Source: Scyliorhinus canicula
Lineage: Eukaryota
NCBI RefSeq assembly: GCF_902713615.1
Contig: NW_024055498.1
Span: 1,578,527-1,642,526 of the forward strand
Direction: 5' to 3'
DNA length: 64,000 nt
Shown one piece after another: positions 45,007-57,137 of this stretch (position 1 is its first letter; each line of letters starts with the position of its first letter). The position numbers and the translations under genes are program-made. A model generated the notes under the pieces. That model did not search any database, was not told the DNA's origin, and worked only from the letters and a program-made list of their open reading frames with translations.

Positions 45007-45883
45007 ATGGAAGGAAAAAGCAGCGTTCACAGTGAGGAGAAACCGTGGGAATGTGAGGAGGGATTCAGATCCACATCTCAACTGGAAATTCATCATCCCA
45101 GACACTCTGGTCGTGGGAAGAAATTATTTTGATCATCCAGCAGGCTGCAACACCAGTGAGTGCACACTGGGGAGAAACCATTCAACTGCTGCATGTGGGA
45201 AAGGATTCGCTCGGTCATTTGACTTGAAGACGCACATGCGAGTTCACAGGGATGAGAGACCATTTAAATGTCCAGACTGTGGGAAGTGCTGTAAATGTTC
45301 CCGGGCACTAATACTCCATCAACGTGTTCACACCAACGAGCGACCGTTCAGTTTCTCTCACCAGCGCACTCACACTGGGGAGAGGCCGTTCACCTGCTCT
45401 GTGTGTGGCAGTGGGTTCAGTAGGTCATCAAACCTGCGGACACACCAATGGGTTCACTCTGGGGAGAGACCTTACACTTGCTCTGAGTGTGGGAAGGGAT
45501 TCACTCAGTTATCCACTCTGCTGAATCACCAGAGTATTCACAATGAGAGGAGACCATTTAAATGTACAGACTGCAGTAAGTGCTATAAAAGTTCCCGGGA
45601 ACTGCTCCACCATCAGCGTGTTCACACTGATGAGAGACCTTTTCAATGCCCAGACTTTGAGAAGTGCTTTAAAAGTTCCGGGGAACTGATGCATCATCAA
45701 CATATTCACACTGATGAGAAACCGTTCAGGTGCTCCTGCTGCGGAACTGGGTTCAAGACATCATCTGACCTCACTGTACACCAGCGAACTCACACTGGGG
45801 AGAGGCCGTTCACCTGCCCCAATTGTGGGAAGAGATTCACTCAGTCATCCAGCCTGCTGACACACCAGCGAATTCACAAGTAA
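45007..45883 (+). pseudogene. C2H2 zinc-finger locus ZF5, frameshifted at the 5' end (about 6 intact fingers downstream)
   Basis: Family-type start ATG GAA GGA AAA AGC (45007) is out of frame with the finger array. One finger is internally deleted (FSFSHQRTH) and one has CPDF. Confidence 0.7.
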
Positions 45884-46703
45884 TTACAGTGAGTGGACAA
45901 TCTGATCAGCTGCCTCTGCTGCTTCCCTCCCTTCCATGAGCTCCACCAGGCCAAACTGTCACTAAAACTCCCCCTCGTCTGAGTGTGAATTCAGATCTAT
46001 CTCTAGGTTCTCTCCTATTTCCTGTCATGTCCTGTTCAATCTCATCTTGTTTATGAGACCTGACTTCTGCTCCCTTGACCCGATTCTCACTAAACCGCTG
46101 ACCATCCAACTTCCCCACATTAACTGATATTGTTCACAGTTCTCGCTTTCTTCTGGTTTTGCCACTACACTATCCTCACCTTTCCTGAGAAACCAACCCT
46201 TGATGCCCAACCTCCTTGCAAACGGCCATCCCATCTCCAACCTCCCTTTCCTCTCCAACAAGGATCTCTCCTTGGCCCCTCCTATTTCTCATCAACATGA
46301 TGGTACTAGAATCTATAGAATCCCTACACTTTCCATTGGGAATTTGGCCAACGCGCAGGCGCTTTGCCGGCCCGTTTGACTTGGACCGACTGAGCATGCG
46401 TGGCTCTGACATGTACTCGGCATATTTAAAGGGTCAGTGTCCCTTTGCTGTTGCAATTTAAAGGGTCAGATGTTGCGAGCCTGATTTGAACGCAGATAAG
46501 GGAGAATAGGTTTTGTGGCTTCAAAAATAATGTAAAGTTAGAAAACTATCCACCCTCAATTTCTGCATTTTTTTCTTTGCAGGAATTACTGATATAAATG
46601 ATTAAACAAGGAGTGGATTCACAGACAGGATGCTCTGACTCCCAGGCACCACATCAATCTAACCGAGTCACTTAATTAATCAGGACTCAGTAACATTGGC
46701 CAT

Positions 46704-47579
46704 ATGGAAGGAGAGAGCGGCATTCACAGCGCAGGCAATCTGTACACGTCTTCAGCGTGTGGACCTGGATTTAACTATTCGACCAATATGGGAAGACACA
46801 CGTGTGACCTGAAAAGGGAAGGTCTGTCTGGACAATGTGGGGGTGTTGGGAAGGGATTCAGTTGTCATCCCTCTGATCAGGAGATGTATCGATACAGTCA
46901 CACCGGGACAAGGCCATTCACCTGCCCGCAGTGTGACAAGGGATTCACTCGATTTTCAAATATGTTGCGACACCAGCAGGTTCACACTGGGGAGAAACCC
47001 TTCAATTGTTCCCAGTGCGGAAAGCGATTCACTCAGTCATCCCACTTGCTGACACATCAACGGGTCCACACTGGAGAGAGACCATTCACCTGCTCAGTGT
47101 GTGAAAAGAGATTCACGGAGTCATCCACCCTGCTGAGACACCAGCGAGTTCACACTGGGGAGAGGCCTTTCACCTGCTCTGTGTGTGGGAAGGAATTTAC
47201 TGAGTCATCAATCCTGCTGAGACACCAGCAGGTTCACACTGGGGAGAGGCCATTCACCTGCTCTGTGTGTGGGAGGGGATTCACTCAATCATCCAACCTT
47301 GTGAGACACCAGCGAGTTCACACTGGGGAGAGGCCTTTCACCTGCTCTGTGTGTGGGAAGGAATTTACTGAGTCATCAATCCTGCTGAGACACCAGCAGG
47401 TTCACACTGGAGAGAGGCCATTCACCTGCTCAGTGTGTGAAAAGAGATTCACGGAGTCATCGGCCCTGCTGAGACACCAGCGAGTTCACACTGGGGAGAG
47501 GCCATTCCCCTGCTCTGTGTGTGGGAAGGGATTCACTCAATCATCCAACCTTGTGAGACACCAGCGAGTTCACAAGTGA
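46704..47579 (+). CDS. C2H2 zinc-finger protein ZF6 (8 intact fingers, degenerate N-terminal fingers)
   Basis: 291-aa ORF; acceptor ttctttgcAG near 46581. Confidence 0.88.
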   Translation: MEGESGIHSAGNLYTSSACGPGFNYSTNMGRHTCDLKREGLSGQCGGVGKGFSCHPSDQEMYRYSHTGTRPFTCPQCDKGFTRFSNMLRHQQVHTGEKPFNCSQCGKRFTQSSHLLTHQRVHTGERPFTCSVCEKRFTESSTLLRHQRVHTGERPFTCSVCGKEFTESSILLRHQQVHTGERPFTCSVCGRGFTQSSNLVRHQRVHTGERPFTCSVCGKEFTESSILLRHQQVHTGERPFTCSVCEKRFTESSALLRHQRVHTGERPFPCSVCGKGFTQSSNLVRHQRVHK

Positions 47580-48867
47580 CTGCAATGTTCCAATTCTGCA
47601 GTTATTCCTGCTGTTAATCAGATTTAGGAGTAAAACGTGTTCATTATGAAACAGGGGAGTGTCTATGCTGTTGCTGATAGCCACAGTAACCAGGTTGCAG
47701 TTGGAAGACTTTGCATTTATAATAATAATAATCTTTATTGTCACACGTAGGCTTACATTAACACTGCAATGAAGTTACTATGAAAATCCCCTCGTCGCCA
47801 CATTCCAGCGCCTGCTTGGGTACACGGCGGGAGAATTCAGAATGTCTAAATTACCTAACAGCATGTCTTTCTGGATTGTGGGAGGAAACCAGAGCACCCA
47901 GAGGAAAACAACACAGGCACAGGGAGAACTCTGCACTGACAGTGCCCAAAGCAGGGAATCGAACCTGGGCCTTTGCAGTATATAGTGCCTTTCACAACTT
48001 CAGATGTCTCTGTTCGCCTCCAAAACAGCAATGTGATAATGACCAGTGATTTTGTTTTTAGTGAGTTTGATTGCGAGTAAGCTATTAGTCAGAGAGCAGT
48101 GAGAACTCCCCCTACTGTCCTTCTAACAATGCTCGGAGATTTTGTTTAATAATATTACTCCAGAATAGATAAGGGGAACCAATGGATGTGGTGCATTTGG
48201 ATCTTCAGAAGACTTTTGATAAACTCCCACAGAGAAGGTTAATAAACAAGATTGGGGGGGGGGGGGGGGGGGGGGGGGCGGGGGAGTATAATGGCACGGA
48301 TTGAGGATTCACAGAAAACAGAGAGTAGGAATAATCAGGTCATTTTCAGGTTGGCAGACTGAATAGTGAGGTACGGGAAGGATCAGTACTTGGGCTCCAG
48401 CTATTCACAATCTACATCAATGATTTGGATGTGGGGACTAAATGCAATATTTCCATGTTTGCTGATGACTCAAAACTAGGTGAGAATATGCATTGTGAGG
48501 AGAGTACAAGGAGGATTCAAGATGAGTAACGCAAACTGAACATCATGTCAAGATCTGACACAGTCACTTGATTCATCAGGACCTGAATATCATCAGCCTT
48601 TGAATGTGGAAGGAGAAATGTTTGTCTGTTCTGTCTGTGGGAAAAGATTTCAAATATCAGTGTGACTGGAAAAGCACCGAGACCCACACAACACACACCC
48701 GAGTGAGAGTGTTCCAATGAACTGACTGTGGAAAGAGCTTTTACCAGTTACACAGCCTGAAGAAACATTACACCATTCACAGTGAGGAGAGACAGTGCAC
48801 ATGTTCTATGTCTGATCAAGATTGCAACTGATCATCCATCCTGGAGAGACACAAGGACACTGGCACC

Positions 48868-49374
48868 ATGAAGAAACCTTGGAAATGTGGGGACTGTGGG
48901 AAGGGATTCAGTTACCCATCCCAGCTGGAGAGCCATCGGCGCAGTCATACTGGGGAGAGACCGTTCACCTGCTCCATGTGTGGGAAGGGATTCACAAAGT
49001 CATCCAGCCTGGGGTCGGATCAGAGAGTTCACAGTGATGAGAGACCTTTTAAATGCTTTTACTGTGGGGATTCCTTTAAAACCTCTCCAGATCTAATTAA
49101 ACACCAGCTTGTTCACACTGACAAGAGACCATTCAGTTGCTCTCATTGTGAGAAGAGATTCAGACAATCGTCTCACCTTATTCAACACCAGCAAATTCAC
49201 ACTGGGGAAAGGATATTCACCTGCTCCGTGTGCAGAAAACAATTCACTCAATCATCCAATCTCCAGAAACACCAACACATTCACAGTGGGGAGAAGCTGT
49301 TCACCTGCCCCGAGTGTGGGAAGGGATTCAATCGATCATCCAACCTGCTGAGACACCAGCGGGTTCATGTGTGA
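48868..49374 (+). CDS. C2H2 zinc-finger protein ZF7 (6 fingers, 1 broken) preceded by the fossil leader 48540-48860
   Basis: MKKPWKCGDC...HQRVHV*; leader near-identical to that of ZF1. Confidence 0.8.
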   Translation: MKKPWKCGDCGKGFSYPSQLESHRRSHTGERPFTCSMCGKGFTKSSSLGSDQRVHSDERPFKCFYCGDSFKTSPDLIKHQLVHTDKRPFSCSHCEKRFRQSSHLIQHQQIHTGERIFTCSVCRKQFTQSSNLQKHQHIHSGEKLFTCPECGKGFNRSSNLLRHQRVHV

Positions 49375-50043
49375 CTGCAGGAGTTGGGTGTTGGGTAACA
49401 CGGTAGCCTTGTGGATAGCACAATTGCTTCACAGCTCCAGGGTCCCAGGTTCGATTCCGGCTTGGGTCACTGTCTGTGTGGAGTCTGCACGTCCTCCCCG
49501 TGTGTGTGTGAGTTTTCTCCGGGTGCTCCGGTTTCTTCCCACAGTCCAAAGATGTGCAGGTTAGGTGGATTGGCCATGATAAATTGTCCTTAGTGTCCAA
49601 AATTGCCCTTAGTGTTGGGTGGGGTTACTGGGTTATGGGGATAAGGTGGAGGTGTTGACCTTGGGTAGGGTGCTCTTTCCAAGAGCCGGTGCAGACTCGA
49701 TGGGCTGAATGGCCTTCTTCTGCACTGTAAATTATATCTTTGATAATCACATCCTTTGTTTATTTCTGTTCAAGTTAATAACCCCTATAAGTGGGCTGGA
49801 GTTTGATGTTGTCCACAGGACAGGTGATGTGCCGGGATTGCAGTATGTGGGAGTTTTTGGAGAACATTGCCATCCTGGACAATCATATCTGCGGGAGTGT
49901 CTGTAACTTGCAGAATCTGGGCTCAGGGTTATTGAGCTGGAGTCTGAGCTGCTGACATTGTGGGGCATCAAGGGGGGGGGGGGGGGGAAGTCACCTGTAC
50001 ACTTCCCCAAAGTTCAGTAGAAAGTTGCAGTGGGTGGGGGACT

Positions 50044-50149
50044 CGATTTTCTGCATCATTCGACAGTTTGAAATGTGTGGGGATAAGTGAGGAATGATCA
50101 GTGAGCTCCGGCTGTCTGACAGCTCGATGTATTACTGCAGGCTCAGAGA
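50044..50149 (+). pseudogene. Orphan antigen-receptor V-segment 3' remnant, TCR alpha/delta-like
   Basis: 50097-50149 encodes ISELRLSDSSMYYCRLR(D), the FR3 D-x-x-x-Y-Y-C motif. RFSASFDSLK at 50044-50073 is out of frame. No leader, FR1 or FR2; upstream DNA (49830-50000) looks like CR1 ORF1. Confidence 0.8.
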
Positions 50150-50188
50150 CTCAGTGACAGGAACCAGAGGGAACCTCATACAAAAACA
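50150..50188 (+). other. 23-bp-spacer recombination signal sequence with variant heptamer
   Basis: CTCAGTG (50150-50156) + exactly 23 nt + ACAAAAACA (50180-50188), directly after the V end. Consensus is CACAGTG/ACAAAAACC. Confidence 0.85.
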
Positions 50189-50821
50189 CTGTTGCAGTGG
50201 GACATGATGAATGGAGCAGTGGGCTGTGGCGGAAGTTATGTGGAGTTCTAGCATTTAACAGACAATAACGTCCCGACAATGTGTCCACAGACAGCTCTCA
50301 TCAGCTCTGAAGAGAGAAGTCAGATTTCATGCCCTTATATTTTTCTGCTCTATTTGATATGCCACTGATAGAGGATAACCAGAACAAATCTTACCCTTTT
50401 TATGTCCCCAGTGGAAGATTAATCAGAACCCACCCCGTCACCAAGCTCAGTCTAATTCATGACAGTGAGTGAAATATGGGCAGCACGGTAGCACAGTGGT
50501 AAGCACTGTTGCTTCACAGCGCCAGGGACCCGGGTTCGATTCCAGGCTTGGTCACTGTCTGTGCGGAGTCTGCACGTTCTCCCCGTGTCGTTGTGGGTTT
50601 CCTCCGGGTGCTCCGGTTTCCTCCCACAAGTTCCGAAATACTTCCTTACTCGGTGATTTAAACATTCTGAATTCTCCCTCAGTCTACCTGAACTGGCATC
50701 AGAGTGTGGCAACTAGGTGCTTTTCACAGTAAATTCATCGCAGTGTTAATATAAGCCTACTTGTAACACTAATAAAGATTATTATTAAACAGGACATCTC
50801 CATCTACATTCAACACAGGTT

Positions 50822-51000
50822 GTTTAGCATAGGGCTAAATCGCTGGCTTTGAAAGCAGACCAAGGCAGGCCAGCAGCACGGTTCAATTCCCGCAACAGCC
50901 TCCCCGAACAGGTGCCGGAATGCGGCGACTAGGGGCGTTTCACAGTAACTTCATTTGAAGCCTACTTGTGACAATAAGCAATTTTCAATTTCAATTTTCA
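50822..51000 (+). mobile_element. Short SINE with a different head but the second tail type. Further copies ~1785-1945(-), 20688-20890(-), 22520-22697(-), 43405-43518(-)
   Basis: Head AGGGCTAAATCGCTGGCT..GCAGACCAAGGCAGGCCAGCAGCACGGTTCAATTCCCG (B-box-like), then GACTAGGGGC.TTTCACAGTAACTTCAT..AAGCCTACTTGTGACAATAAGC and (TTTCA)n. Confidence 0.8.
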
Positions 51001-51619
51001 ACACCTGTTCTTTGAGATGATTTATTTCAAATCAATTAAAGATCAAACTTATTCGGATCAATGAGATCGCTGTCATTATTTCATTCCAATTACTTGGTTA
51101 TAACAGTGATATTGTGATTCTAATCAACATTTACAGCAACATTGCTATTGACTAATGTGTACAAATTGTCCTCCCATCAGTTCCAGCACCTCCAGGAAGG
51201 CACAATATTCCATTGCCCGTTGCAACTTGGCTTTAAGGGTTAGCCCTGAGCCTGGTGGTAGCTTCACTCATGATACCCAGTTACATGTGAGGTAGAAATG
51301 GGACGGGAATAGAAGTAAAATATTGCGGTTGCTAGAAATCTGAAATAAAAACAAAATGCTGGATAAATTCAGCAAGTCTCGCATCATTTGTTAAGAAACC
51401 GTTAACATTTGGTTGCTATGTTTCTGGTTGCAGAATGTTAACGGTGATCTGGTCCTTTGGACTTCATTTGTACGTTGGAAGACGGAGTGAGGGAAAAAGG
51501 AAGCAATATCTCAATGTCTCTGACAGCGCGTGGTGTCCATCTTTGTGCGGGGCAGAGCTCCATTAGGTCAGAGTGTTAATGGAATCGGGATCGACGTGCC
51601 CCTAACAAAGATGGGGAAG

Positions 51620-51763
51620 ACGCGAGCGATGTCTGCATTTCGCCGAGGACTTCCGGACAGCAGCGCATGCGCATTGCAGCGGGTGTGGTTTGTTGACGGA
51701 AGCGCGCGGACTATTCCCCGGATCAGATGTGAGGGGGGACGGTTAACGGTCGCCGGCGTTGCC
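51620..51763 (+). promoter_or_regulatory. EMC4 CpG-island promoter
   Basis: ETS/GABP site ACTTCCGG 51649-51656, NRF1 GCGCATGCGC 51663-51672, CpG-rich through exon 1; GCC ATG G Kozak context. Confidence 0.75.
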
Positions 51764-54700
51764 ATGGCTGCGGGGGCGGCGCTCGCCAACCGCGCGCGCT
51801 GGCATAAGTGGACCCTCGAGCTCAACCCGAGCGGCAGCAGCAGGTGCAGAGGCCGCGCGGGGAGCCTGGGGCTCGAGTAGGTCGGGCCAGCCTGCCTCAC
51901 CCGCGGGGAGGGCACTGCACACTGACCCAGGGATGTGGGCACCAACCTAAAACTTTACACCCCACGGTTTTCCAGGGTCCTTTCACCCCTCACTTGGCCC
52001 CTTGGCAGAAAGCAGCTTTTCAAATCTCCTAGAAACCACTCCGACCCCACTTGACTTATTTTCCTGGGGTCACGACCCTGAGACACCATCTTGGTTTCAG
52101 CCCCCCCACCTGATCGGGTGCCAACTGCTGTGTTGGCTGGAGGAACGATTGCTCATTTCTAGGGCCGGGTGCTGCACTGGCTCTCTCGACATTCAACATC
52201 GTTCACTTTCAAGCTAAAATTTAGTTCCTCCGGTGATTCGGTGTGATCGCCATTTGATGGAGGACTGGACAAGGGGATTGGCACCCTGATTGTCAGTTGA
52301 CTCCAACCACTTTTGTGGCCGTCCATTACCATGGCAGTTTTGTGGATGCAGTGGTACTGTGTGCTCTTGGCTTGCTCATGGTTTAGTTCATGCTGGCAGT
52401 ATTGCCACCACGGTGGGGTCCCTGATGGAGAGACTCCCTCTTTAAAGAGAGTCCTGAAAGGGTTGCTGAGGTGACCAATTTGTGTTCTCTGTTTCTCGCA
52501 GGAGCTGTGATAAACAGAATGGTCAGGCTGACTTCATGTGCCCAGTCGCATATTCAGACAAACAGCTTCCAGACATCCGCGTCCAAGAAACAAACCGGAT
52601 CGTGGTTGAGAAAGTAAGTTGGATTTGAATGTGTCCTCGGTGTCCAGCTAGCCAGGCTAGGTTTGTCAACAGTGGTTAACTAGGTTGGTGAACCGCTGCA
52701 CCCTATGTGCTAAAGGGACCTTTTGTGATGTTAACCGTCATCCTTATTTCCAGGCCTGGGTGTGACCTTCCCCAACCTGGCTCCCTTTACTGATGCTCTG
52801 CTTGCTTTCTGTTTTCAGTTCTGCTGGGACATCGCCTTGGCTCCATTGAAGCAGCTGCCCATGAATCTGTTCATTATGTACACGGTTGGCAACAACATCT
52901 CCATCTTCCCTATCATGATGGTTTGCATGATGGCCTGGAGACCCATACAGGCACTGATGTCCATGTCGGCAAGTGAGTATTGTATTGATTCTGCAGCTGC
53001 GAAACCGCTCTGAACTGGCATCATTTGAATGGGATTTAGAATAGAGTGCTGAGAGCTCAGTGAATGAGGGAGTTCGGGAAGGACGGGAAAGAGGAGCTCT
53101 TTTACTTTCCAGATTTCTTGGCCTTCAAGAAGTGGTCTTACTCTGCTACAGGAGAAGAAGTTAGTTTGTTAGTGAGTAACTGCCAAGTGACATGGGGTTA
53201 TTCTATTTCTATGGCTCAAAATACTGTAGCAACTGGTTGTAAGGTTGATAAAATATATAAAAACAAAAGTAAAACATATTAGGGGTGGCACGGTAGGTTT
53301 ATACCTCCAATGTACAGATATCCCCCTGGGAGAGAGAGGGGACAGAGACACCAGTCACTGTACAGATATCCCCCTGGGGGAGAGAGGGGACAGAGACACC
53401 AGTCAGTGTACAGATATCCACCTGAGAGAGAGGGGACAGAGACACCAGTCAGTGTACAGATATCCCCCTGAGAGACACCAGTGAGTGTACAGATATCTCC
53501 CTGGGGGAGAGAGGGGACAGAGACACCAGTCACTGTACAGATATCTCCCTGAGATTTCTCTTGGTGTCCAACAATCCATTGATATCAGTTTGGAATATAA
53601 TCAGTGATTGAACATCCACAACTCATGGGGTGAGGAAATTCCACTTCAGCTCAGTCCGAACTGGCTGCCCCTGATCCTGAGGCTGTGTCTCTGTGTTCCG
53701 GATTCTGCAGCCAGAGGAAACAGTGTCTCCACATCTCCCTGTCAAACCCTATTTACAATTATATCTGCTTCAATCGGATCAACTCAGTCTCGGAAACCCA
53801 AGAGAGTAAAGGCCCATTCTTCCCAATCTCTCCTCGTTGGACAATCCTGTCATCCCAGGAACCAATCTGGTGAACCTTTGTTACCCTCCCTCCTGGGCAA
53901 TTCTGTAGATAAGGAGACCCAAACTGCATAAGTTTTTCCTGCTGTGTTTGACCAAAGCTGCAATTTGTACAATTGCAGAAAGATTTCCTCACTCAAACTC
54001 CAGCGAATCATAGAAACCCTATAGTGCAGAAGGAGGCCATTCGGCCCATCGAGTCTGCACCAACCATTTGAAAGGCCACCATACAGAGACCCAATTCCCC
54101 CCCTATCCCTGTAACCCCACCTGACCTTTGGACACTTGAGGGGCAATTTAGCATGGCCAATCTACCAAACCTGTACATTTTTGGACTGTGGGAGGAACCC
54201 GGAGGAAACCCACGCAGACACTGGGTGAACGTGCAGACTCTGCACTGGCAGTCAGCCGAAGCTGTAATCAAACCCGGGTCCCTGGCGCCATCCCTCGGTG
54301 AAGGCTAACGGAATACCTGCCGTCCCAATTTCTTGCTGTATCTCCATGCTGACTGTTTGTGATTCGAGTACAAAGATCCCCCAATCCTCTGTGAACATTT
54401 CAATCTCTCTCCTGTTCCTGATCTTTCTGTTTTTCCCATTCTCACTCCCAGTCTTTAAGGTCCTGGGGAATTCGACTCAGCACTGGCTGCAGTGTCTGCT
54501 CTACTTCATCGGCAACCTGCTGGGGTTGGCCCTGGCCGTCTACAAGTGCCAGGTGATGGGGTTGCTGCCCACACACTCCTCCGACTGGCTGGCATTCCTC
54601 CGGCCGCCCCAGGTAAGATCTGAACTCGGAACGTGAGGGGAGTTAGGAAAATAGGAAGAGAAGGAGACCGTTCAGCGCTCTGGAGCCTGAGCGACGGGTC

Positions 54701-55132
54701 CAACGTTCCCTGGAGTTTAGATCATCCGATTGAAAGGTGTGAAATTCTGAGGAGACTCCGTAAGGTCGATGTGGAGAGGCTAAATCCCGGAGAGTCGGGG
54801 ACACGGGGCCACAGTCTCGATAAGGGGGCGGCCATTTTGGACTGTGACGAGGGAGAATTTCTTCACCCAGAGGGTTTGTGAATCTTTGGAATTCTCTATC
54901 CCAGGGAATCCTGGATGTTCGGTCGTTGAGTGTGTTCAAGGCTGAGGTGGAGATATCTTTGAGAATTGTGGGGCGGGGAGGAGTGCGGGGAGAGTGGAGC
55001 TGAGGTCGATGATGAGCTGTAATCTTGTTGAATAGTGGAGCAGGCTCGCCAGGAGCTATTCCCACTCCTATTCCTGATGTTCCTCTCCTTTCACAGAGAG
55101 TGGATTACATGGGCGGGGGGCTGGTCCTGTGA
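51764..55132 (+). CDS. EMC4: ER membrane protein complex subunit 4; exons 51764-51843, 52502-52613, 52819-52972, 54452-54612, 55097-55132 (543 nt, 180 aa)
   Basis: Spliced product [20 protein letters not shown]...[106 protein letters not shown]. All introns GT-AG with consistent phases. Confidence 0.95.
53300..53552. repeat. ~47-bp minisatellite in EMC4 intron 3 (5-6 units, one shortened)
   Basis: TGTACAGATATCCCCCTGGGGAGAGAGGGGACAGAGACACCAGTCA[C/G] repeated. Confidence 0.92.
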
Positions 55133-56499
55133 TGGTCCCACTCTCCTCCCATCGCTCGGAGAGACAACGCCCGAGGATGATCGACACTGGACTGAATCTG
55201 CTTCCTCCTGGTTAACGTCGGACCAGGCAGGCTCCAGGTAACCTGCCCTCCCATCGTTGCCCCATACACACTGACAGAAAGAGACAGACAGCTGGCCCGT
55301 GTACCTGTGACCACTGTCGGAATGGCCGGAGATGTTGGCAGCAGGGACTGTGAATTTTGTCACTGGTTATTCATTCGTTGATTCTTCAACTCCCTTTGCT
55401 GAGCCACGAATGAGGGATGTGTTGGGGCTGACGATGGGATGGGAGGCTCCTGAATCAGTCAGTCCCGGATGATCCCGGTGGCTCTTGCTCTCCATCCCAC
55501 CTGGGCCGGAAGGTCACAGGTTTGTAATCTGAGAGTCAAGCTGCTGTAATCAGGGCTGTCATTCCAGCCAGCAGAGCTGAGGGAATGCTGCTGTGTCAGT
55601 GAGATGTCAAACCGAGGCCCTCCACCCCCTCGAGTGGATGTAAAATACAAGCAGCAACAGTAGGATGGGGAGGGAAGTTATCTCCAGTGTCCCTCAAATC
55701 CTCACTGAAATTAGCTTCCTGACTGTGTGTTGCATAATGCTATGTGGGATCTTGCTGTGCACATAGCAGTCACCGTCTCCTCCCACAGAATGGCAGGGGC
55801 TACACTGCGGGAGTGACCCGTCGAAAGGAAGAGATTGTCTTCCTCCTGTGCCTTTTCCGACTGGCCCAGAGCTTTCAATCAACACGGCAGCTTTTTATAT
55901 TTGAAGCACAGTCACTGTTTTCACGTGCGAATCTCGGCAGGGACTGCACAGCAAGAGCCCATAAACACTCCGATTACCACCAGATACCACGTCAGGCTGT
56001 CTGAAGGATAATATTCCTGCTCGGACACCAGGCTGGGGAAAGGATTGGGCTGGGTAGTTGCTGCCGTCCTTCTCTCCATCACATTGGCCTCGGGATCTTG
56101 TACATCCACCTGAGGGGGCACAATGTGACAGGGAACCTAGTTTATGTCCCACTGACAACAGGAGGCACGGTAGGGCAGCACGGTAGCACAGTGGATAGCA
56201 CTGTGGCTTCACAGCGCCAGGGTCCCACGATCGATTCCCTGCTGGGTCACTGTCTGTGCGGAGTCTGCACGTTCTCCCCGTGTCTGTGGGTTTCCCCCGG
56301 GTGCTCCGGTTTCCTCCCACAGTCCAAAGACGTGCAGGTTAGGTGGTTTGGCCATGATAAATTGCCCTTAGTGACCAATAAGGTGAGGAGCGGTCATTGG
56401 GTTACGGGGATAGGGTGGAAGTGAGGGCTTAAGTGGGTCGGTGCAGACTCGATGGGCCGAATGGCCTCCATCTGCACTGTATGTTCTATGTTATTGAAT

Positions 56500-56745
56500 A
56501 TTTAGTGCTTGCATATCTGTGAGTGGGCGCACATACGTGCATGTCTGTGTATGTGTGTCTACGTTTGTATATGTGTGTGCCTATGTTTTTTTCTGTGCCT
56601 GTGTATGTGTATGCATGCGCCTGTATGTGTGTGGGTGTGCCTATGCGTGTGTGTGGGTGCATGCGCAAGTGTACCCAGCATATTGCGTGTGCGAGGGTGG
56701 CTAGGTGCGTGTGCCTACGGATGAGTACATGTGTGCCAATGGATG
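56500..56745. repeat. Degenerate (TG)n low-complexity tract
   Basis: Imperfect GTGT/GTAT/GTGC runs. Confidence 0.85.
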
Positions 56746-57137
56746 TGTGTCTGGTCTTTCAACTGCCCTTCCCAGGTTCCAGAAGAGATTTGCTCCAAAG
56801 TCAGTCTGGACATTGTGCCTGAATGTGTTCCACTCTGATACTCTGTACTGTCACTGAGCTTCCCCATTAACCTCATCTGGTGTGTGAAGTGGCTGCAGCA
56901 TCTCCAGGAGTTTCTGACAGTTCTTGACAATCTGCTTTCACTTTATTTAATGATTGTGTTTGAATTGTTCCTCTTCTGTTGGTGGGGCTGGTGTGGTGGT
57001 GGTCGGGGGGGGGGGTCCTAATGGTCAGGGTGCACTTCTGACCCCTCCCAACTCTGAGACTGTGCCCGATACAGGAGTGAACCGAGGCCGCTGGAGGTGA
57101 ATCGATAACCTCCAGGTGAGTGGAGAAATATTCAGTC

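Noticed and set aside
49830-50040. Possible FR2 (GKSP) of the orphan V segment
   Set aside because: The surrounding sequence reads RVIELESELLTLWGIK, like CR1 ORF1, and runs through a poly-G tract; better explained as a CR1 fragment.
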